From: the human T2T-CHM13v2.0 reference genome, Homo sapiens
Strand: one strand, 5' to 3'
NCBI RefSeq assembly: GCF_009914755.1
Contig: NC_060944.1
Length of the DNA: 64,000 nt
The position numbers and the translations under genes were made by a program. The notes beneath the pieces were generated by a model that saw only the letters and a list, made by a program, of their open reading frames with translations, was not told the origin of the DNA and searched no databases. Positions 57,126-64,000 of this stretch are shown piece by piece. Position 1 is the first letter of the stretch. Every line of letters begins with the position of its first letter.

Positions 57126-59763
57126 GAGTCTTAATTCTTGAAAGAGTAACTCTTTACTTTTCAGTACCACATAGTCCTTAACGGTAAGGTTTAGGCATCT
57201 ACTCTAACAAAATTGTCAAGGCATCATCTTCTTCCTTGTTCTGCTTGCTTTTTTGGTAACATTCACCCTTGTCCAAGCCCTTTGGTAAAATCTTCCTCCT
57301 TCTCCTTCCATAGCTCCTGGAGCCCTGCTGACTTCCCTCTCCTACCTCCTTGTTGGCTTCCTCTTGGGCCCCTTCTCTGTCTGCTCTTCCTTCTCAAGGC
57401 TGCACACCCCTGTGGTCCCTGGTTCAGCTGAGCCTTCGTGCTTGTGGCAGTCTTGACTGTGTGCTTGCACACCAGCCTTAGCTGTCTGACAGCTGGCTAG
57501 CCACAGACATCCTAAACTCATAAACTTGTGACTCTCTGATTCTCCATCTCAGTCTCTTTCTCATGATCATAGTCATTTAGGCCAAGACCTCCATTGCTTT
57601 AAGAAGTTTTTATCCCCGGTCGAGTAAGAGTCACTCTAGCCTTCTTTCCAATGTGCACGTGTGTGCACGTTCACTCACTGATTGCCAGTTCCCACCAGCT
57701 GTATCTCTGGAATGCTTTGCCCAGGTTCACACTTTGTCTCCCCTGCACTATTATGATAGCTTCATTAATTAGTTTGTTTGCCTCGAATCTCTTATTTCCT
57801 CTGCCCTCCTCCAAAATGGCCACTGGAGTCTGGGATTCAGCTCACAGGTCTGATAATATCATGCCCATCCTCACTGCCCTTGTCTTGCCCATCGAATAAA
57901 GTGCCAGTGCAGCTGATCACTTGGGTCCCTTCAGAGTTATGGCTGACATCACTTATTGAGTGCCATTCTAGGCTAGATGTGTGTCACAACTATCCCACAT
58001 AGTTTATTTGAACCTCACAGCAACCTTGCAGGGTGGATAGCAGTTTGTCCATTTTGCAGATGAGAGAGCTGACTCAGAGATGAGGAGGCCTAGACCTTGC
58101 CTCTGTCCTCCCTTAGGGACCCCTTTACATTTTAGTCCACACTGTGCTATTGTCCTGGGAAGGGATGTCTCCCCCTTCCCAGCCAGTAATAATCCTCCTT
58201 AGCCTTTACAGTGCAGGCAAGGGATACTGCTTTCTCCATGAAGCTCTCCCTGAAAGCCGGTAGTTCTTAACTTTTCCTTCTATCAGATTGCAATCTGCAG
58301 CTCTTTCCTGGTCACAGGGTCATCTGCCTCAGGGATTATTTTATGATCAACTCTTTGCACGTCTGCCTTCTGTGAACTGTTTACTCTTTTGGGGCATGGG
58401 GTGTCTGTTCCCACTTGTTTGTATGTCACTTCTAGTGTACCTGTGCTGTGCATGTCATAGGGATGCAGGAAGGCTGAAGCAACTTGAAGGGAATTTACCC
58501 AAAAGAAAGTGAACAGGAGTACTGTGTGGAATTCTGCATAGCAAAACATAGTTTTGTTGACATGAGGCACTTTGATGTCTGTGCTTATTCTTCTCAATTT
58601 TGAGGTTAATATATAACATCCCTGTATTTTGTGGTTAAATCCAGTTTACTCTTTTAAAAGTACCCCTCAGAGCCCCTTCACTTAGCGTTTGATGCCATTC
58701 GTTAGCACAGCTCCTGGGCTCCTGGGTTTCCTGGAGCAGGATGGGCATGTTTTGTAAAGGTACATAGGGAAATAAAGACAAGCTTTGTAGTTATGTAGCC
58801 AGGCCTCAGGGAAATGAGTAGAGGTGGGGAATGGAAAGGGCACCCAGATTCAAATAATGGAGCACTCCACCCGACGGGATATCCATGCCCCCTCTGCAGT
58901 GGGCACCAGCTGCTTCCCATCTGGTGCTCACTTGCCTGCCTGCATGGTCACTTAGCTCTTCTCAGTCTCAGCTTCTCTTTGTACCTTAGGGTCACATTCC
59001 CCAAGAGAGGATCTTTGGTGGCGTTTCCTTCCCCCATCATTGGCTGGAGCCCTCAAGACAGGTCTCCTTGTGGGCTGCAAGTGGTGGTCAAGTACCATTA
59101 AATAGGATGTGGACACCTGTTTGGCAGAAACTGCCAAGAGACACTTCTCCCAACAGGGTACTGCACGAGTGTTGGGGAAGTACATGATTGATGGCCTACC
59201 CCATACAAAGCCTCGCACTCACTACTGTAGGGCGTGTAAAGATGGAGAAGACACTATCCCTGCCATCAAGTGGCCTAAAACCAGTAACAATGGGGCCGGA
59301 AACACACCTACTGTTCACAGAAGGAAAAGTTTCCTATCAAATGATCATATCTGTGTTTTCCAGATAGAGTTACCCACCAACCTCATCTAACCTGTACTGA
59401 ACTTGAATCACACCTTTGACCTAATTTTTGCTTAAATGAAATACAGAGGATAGGAATAATATAAATAATACTAAAGCTACATGTTAACTCAGATGCTATG
59501 CTGAATGCAGTTTTGAAATCTAACCTTTATTATTTTTATTAAAACTTTAGTAAAGACACTGTCATTGAAATGTGATTCCCCACAATTACAGTTAGAAAAA
59601 TGTGAATTTAAAAAATGTATTTTGCAACCCATAATCTGTATTGCACATATATAATCTTGCTACTCACCTGTCTTTGGCAAGTTTTATATTATTTTTTCTT
59701 TCCATGAATCGCTACGAACCTTTTTTTCTAAGAGAAATGAAGAATTAATTTTTTTCTTTTTAG

Positions 59764-59876
59764 AAATTCCGGGATTTCTTTAATCAAAATGAAACCAGTG
59801 ATCCAGCAAGGGATACATGTGTGATCCTTACAGTGGAAGGGAGAACATTTCCGGTGGATATCTTTTATCTACAAAG
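59764..59876 (+). CDS. DHX35: DHX35 exon 9
   Basis: ttttag|AAA...AG|gtttga; 113 nt; KFRDFFNQNETSDPARDTCVILTVEGRTFPVDIFYLQ(S). Confidence 0.94.
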
Positions 59877-60805
59877 GTTTGATGATGCTTGAATTCTGGA
59901 TGATGGTGTTTAGAAAACTCAGCCTCTGATGTAGAATGTCAGAACTGCATTTGCTCACAACTCTAAAGGATGGGGAGGAGCATGTTTTGTGTCCCTTGTC
60001 ATTGGTCTAGAATGTTCTTACCCTGCTCCGGATCACTGCTGAATTTAGTTTAAACTGTTCACACTGACATGCAAGTTTCCGTAAGTCTGTGGCCAGTAGC
60101 TCAGCCAGAGAGAGCAAAAGTGGTGAAAGGTTTTGGGGAGGGAAGCTTGATAGTTTTCAGAACTGGGGTTTACAAGGCTGCCTGTCAGCAGGGGCAGTAT
60201 TGGTGATTTGAATCATTTGGCTCTCAGTTCTCTACATCCCTAGCGAGAAGGCCCAGTTGGCATTTTTAGGAGTAGCCTACTTGGACAAGGAAGGGGCCAT
60301 CCTAATTCCTGTACTAGTCACTGGACAAAAAAAGACCAGGAGCCTGTTCCAGTGGCTGATAAATCCAGAGTCGTGGACTTGATTTCTGAATCGTTTTGTT
60401 GGAGAGCTCATCCATCAGGGCCATCCAGCCGACCCATAGATGCTGCTATTGGTTAGGAGGGAAAATGGGCTGGGAAGAGCGTGGGCTTCAGCACTGGGAC
60501 CACAGCTTCTGATTTTCACTGGTCTGATGTCTTTGCATACTAAAGATAGCACATCTATTTGTATGGGTATATCATGTTATTTTTTTCCAAATAAAGCTAA
60601 AAATCATAGTTGACATATAATTATGGATTATTCTTGAATATTAGATTTGAAAAAAATGAATATTTATTTTGTTTATCCTGTACTAATTACCTACTGGGCA
60701 GGCCCAAACTCACTTTGATGAGCTTTGCTGCCAGATTATTAGGGTAATTGATCTGTAATTAATGAGCATATTCTAGTGATGAATTCATCCCATTTGTCTT
60801 TTCAG

Positions 60806-60902
60806 TCCTGTTCCAGATTATATCAAATCAACTGTCGAAACTGTGGTGAAAATTCACCAGACAGAGGGAGACGGAGACGTTTTAGCATTTCTTACTGGCC
60901 AG
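60806..60902 (+). CDS. DHX35: DHX35 exon 10 (motif IV)
   Basis: tttcag|T...CAG|gtaatg; 97 nt; PVPDYIKSTVETVVKIHQTEGDGDVLAFLTGQ. Confidence 0.95.
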
Positions 60903-61781
60903 GTAATGCCACTGTACTTCTCTGATGAATAGACATGTTAAGACAGCACCAAAAGTAATACAGAGCCTTGTTACTTTACTCAGTCATGTATTTCATGTTT
61001 TGTTGTATTTTGTGGTTCCATAATTGTGTAGAAAATTGATTTGATGTCATTCATCTACCATCTAGATTGTCAGGGACTCGTTAGCCCCTGCCTGTTCTGT
61101 CTGCAGAGGGTTAAATGTTTTTTTAAATGTATTAGCTGATTCCAAAATAAACTAGGTAGTTGAGTGAGGGCTATTTTGTTTGCCAGAATTGGATACTACA
61201 TTAGGTCCATGTCTGCACACATGTTGCTGCTGTGTACCTCTTTTTCCAGTGACACCTTTACAGCTCATCCTGGAGGTGATAAGTGGCCATATTACTGGTA
61301 AAACAACTGAACAGACCCAAGTGCTCGCTGACGGTGGCCAGCACTATTCAGACCTGCCCTCCAACTGTAATCTTTTCCACTGCCAAACACTTTCCATGGT
61401 TCAGTAATCTTTTTTGGAGAAAGCTTACAGTGATTTTATATGCTGCAACTTGTCTATATGCATGAGATGCTTGTTTGACACCGTATATGTATGCTGGGTA
61501 AAATAGTCATCGTTTTTATTTATTGGGAACTCTTCCATTCATTGCAGATCATACCGAGTTTTTAGTAACTAATAGTGTAGTTGCAAAATTTCACCCATTG
61601 TCATCATTGTGTATTAGCATTTAATTAAATACCATCCCAGAGTGGAACATGACGGCACTGAAATTCTTGAATCTGACCAAAATTAAAGTCCAGATCCCAA
61701 CTTTTATTTTCTTTCAGTATGATAAAATAGCATGCTTTAAATTGATCTCGGTTTCTTTGGTTCCTGGTTCAACGTCTTTAG

Positions 61782-61940
61782 GAAGAGGTAGAAACTGTTG
61801 TGTCGATGCTCATCGAGCAGGCTCGAGCACTAGCTCGCACTGGGATGAAGAGACACCTCCGAGTTCTCCCCATGTATGCAGGACTGCCTTCCTTTGAGCA
61901 AATGAAAGTGTTTGAAAGGGTGTCACGCAGTGTCAGAAAG
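61782..61940 (+). CDS. DHX35: DHX35 exon 11 (gene continues beyond the window)
   Basis: ctttag|GAA...AAG|gtgaga; 159 nt; EEVETVVSMLIEQARALARTGMKRHLRVLPMYAGLPSFEQMKVFERVSRSVRK. Confidence 0.95.
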
Positions 61941-62086
61941 GTGAGACTATCCTGATGACCAAGGGTGTTGGCAGCCGTCTATAATCATAATGATGCTCCT
62001 TTACTTGTTTTGAAACTTGCTAAACACAAGGCAGACTTCTAGGTCCATATTTCTGTGTAGTAGATCTAAAAGCACACAATAAATAA

Positions 62087-62396
<310 letters not shown>

Positions 62397-64000
62397 CTGT
62401 TGTGAAGATTCTAAACCTGTCCCACTGAAGGATCACTTTGACAGTAGTTATCAGATCAGGTGACTTCTCTTTTCTTCTCTTCTGCCTTCCTAATATTTCC
62501 CACGACACATGCTTACTTTGGCTTAAGGGATTGTTTAGGGGGATTGAGGTCAGTCAGGAGCAATAGAAAAATTGGTACACATGGTTTCTAAATAATTTGT
62601 TTTAAGTATCAGCTTGCCTATTTTAAAGGGCCAAGTTTAAATCAATTAATTCAAGGTGTGGCTTAAAAATGTTTAGCCTTGAAGTGAGAGTGAGGAAGGG
62701 TGTGGTGGAAAGCATTGGTTTGAAGGATCTGGCAGGCAGCCAGTCCACCTGGGCCTGACTCTGCCTTTTCCTTTCATTAGATGAGGACTGCACAGAACCA
62801 GCCCGAGGACAGCTTTTACTGTAGTAGCTATTTATCAACAGATGGCAGAGAATAGAGCAGGTGAGGGATGGTCTGAGGATCCACTCCCAATTTCAGACCA
62901 CCTGGAAGAGGGTGCTCAGCCTCTTGACCATTGGGATGGAGCAACATGAGTCTGCCCTGTCAAACATTAATTGCAGCCAGCCAATCAGGAGACCTGGATT
63001 CTGCCCCTGAGCTACTATGTGCCTTGGGACAACTGACTTAACCTCGAATCTGAGTTTTTGCAGCTGTAAAACGTAAATAATAATAACTCAGATAGGTGGT
63101 TTTATAGCATAACATCTTAATCCCAACTACATAAAAATATTAGAAAGATTATTTTATAAAATGATCATTTATAAAATAATTTTTATAAAATGATTTATAA
63201 AATGTAAAGTGCCTGAAAAAAGTTCTAACTGCTATATATATGTGTCCCCTGCTACTTAAACCCTTCAGGGGCAGCTCCCAATGTACTGGGAATAAAATTC
63301 AAATACCTCATGGTGGCCCAGAGACCACATATGATTGCATATCTGCCTCCCTCTGCAACCTCATCTTGTACTTTGTATTTTGGCTGCACTGGCTGTTTCT
63401 CCTTCCTTTGAACTGTTTCTTATTCTTGGATCTCTATAGGGTTGGCTGCTGCTTGTTACTCAGGTCTCTGCTCAAAATCTTTCACAGAGGCTCTGCCTGG
63501 CCAACAAAAGTAAAGTAGCATGCCCTATTATTACAATAATATATAATATACATGTTATATACTACATCATATCATATTGCCTCATTGTGTTAATATTTTC
63601 TTTATAGTATTTGTTGTTCTCTGAAATTATCTTCTTGTTTATGTTCAGCATGTCTTCACCCTAAACACTCAAACTAGAATGTAAACTCTGGCAGAGCAGG
63701 GGCCTTGTCTGTCTTGTTTATCCTACATCCCAGCACCTTGAACAGTGCTTGGCAAAGTGCACACCCTCAGAAAGTAATCATGATATGAATGAATAAATGA
63801 CTATACCTGCGCAAGATGGAGGGTGATTTACTTTGGTTATGCCAAAGGGAAAAACTAACAAATGCTAGGCTCTGATCACTTTATATATTAATTGTATATA
63901 GTCCCTTCAGTAGCCCTAGGGGAGGTGGTAAATCTTATTATGTAGATGAGGAAACAGGTTCAGGAGGTTGAGTAACTTGTCCAGGGTCACATGATTAGGG

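Noticed and set aside
63150-63203. Four copies of TTTATAAAAT
   Set aside because: AT-rich low-complexity repeat

Overview
Human (primate) genomic DNA, Alu-rich, recognisable as the FAM83D-DHX35 locus (chr20q11.23-q12, from recall). The + strand carries the last three exons and 3' UTR of FAM83D/CHICA (11-~11140), a ~9 kb intergenic segment with a nested AluY/AluYa5 pair and a ~140-bp-unit tandem repeat, a CpG-island promoter, and coding exons 1-11 of the DEAH-box helicase DHX35 (ATG 20417; 337 codons in the window, and the gene continues past the end). DHX35 intron 3 holds an antisense processed NPM1 pseudogene nested in an old L1. I found no novel multi-gene system. The most unusual item is a 105-bp, ~90% identical ungapped copy of FAM83D exon 4 lying in intron 3. 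It sits in frame behind a strong-Kozak ATG and would encode a 50-aa peptide with an LC8/DYNLL1-type TQT motif. Other items worth checking are a tailless U2 snRNA retrocopy, the tandem repeat upstream of DHX35, a competing poison splice acceptor at DHX35 exon 5, and a triple target-site duplication. Exon boundaries were read by hand from GT-AG sites and frame continuity. Repeat boundaries and subfamilies are approximate.
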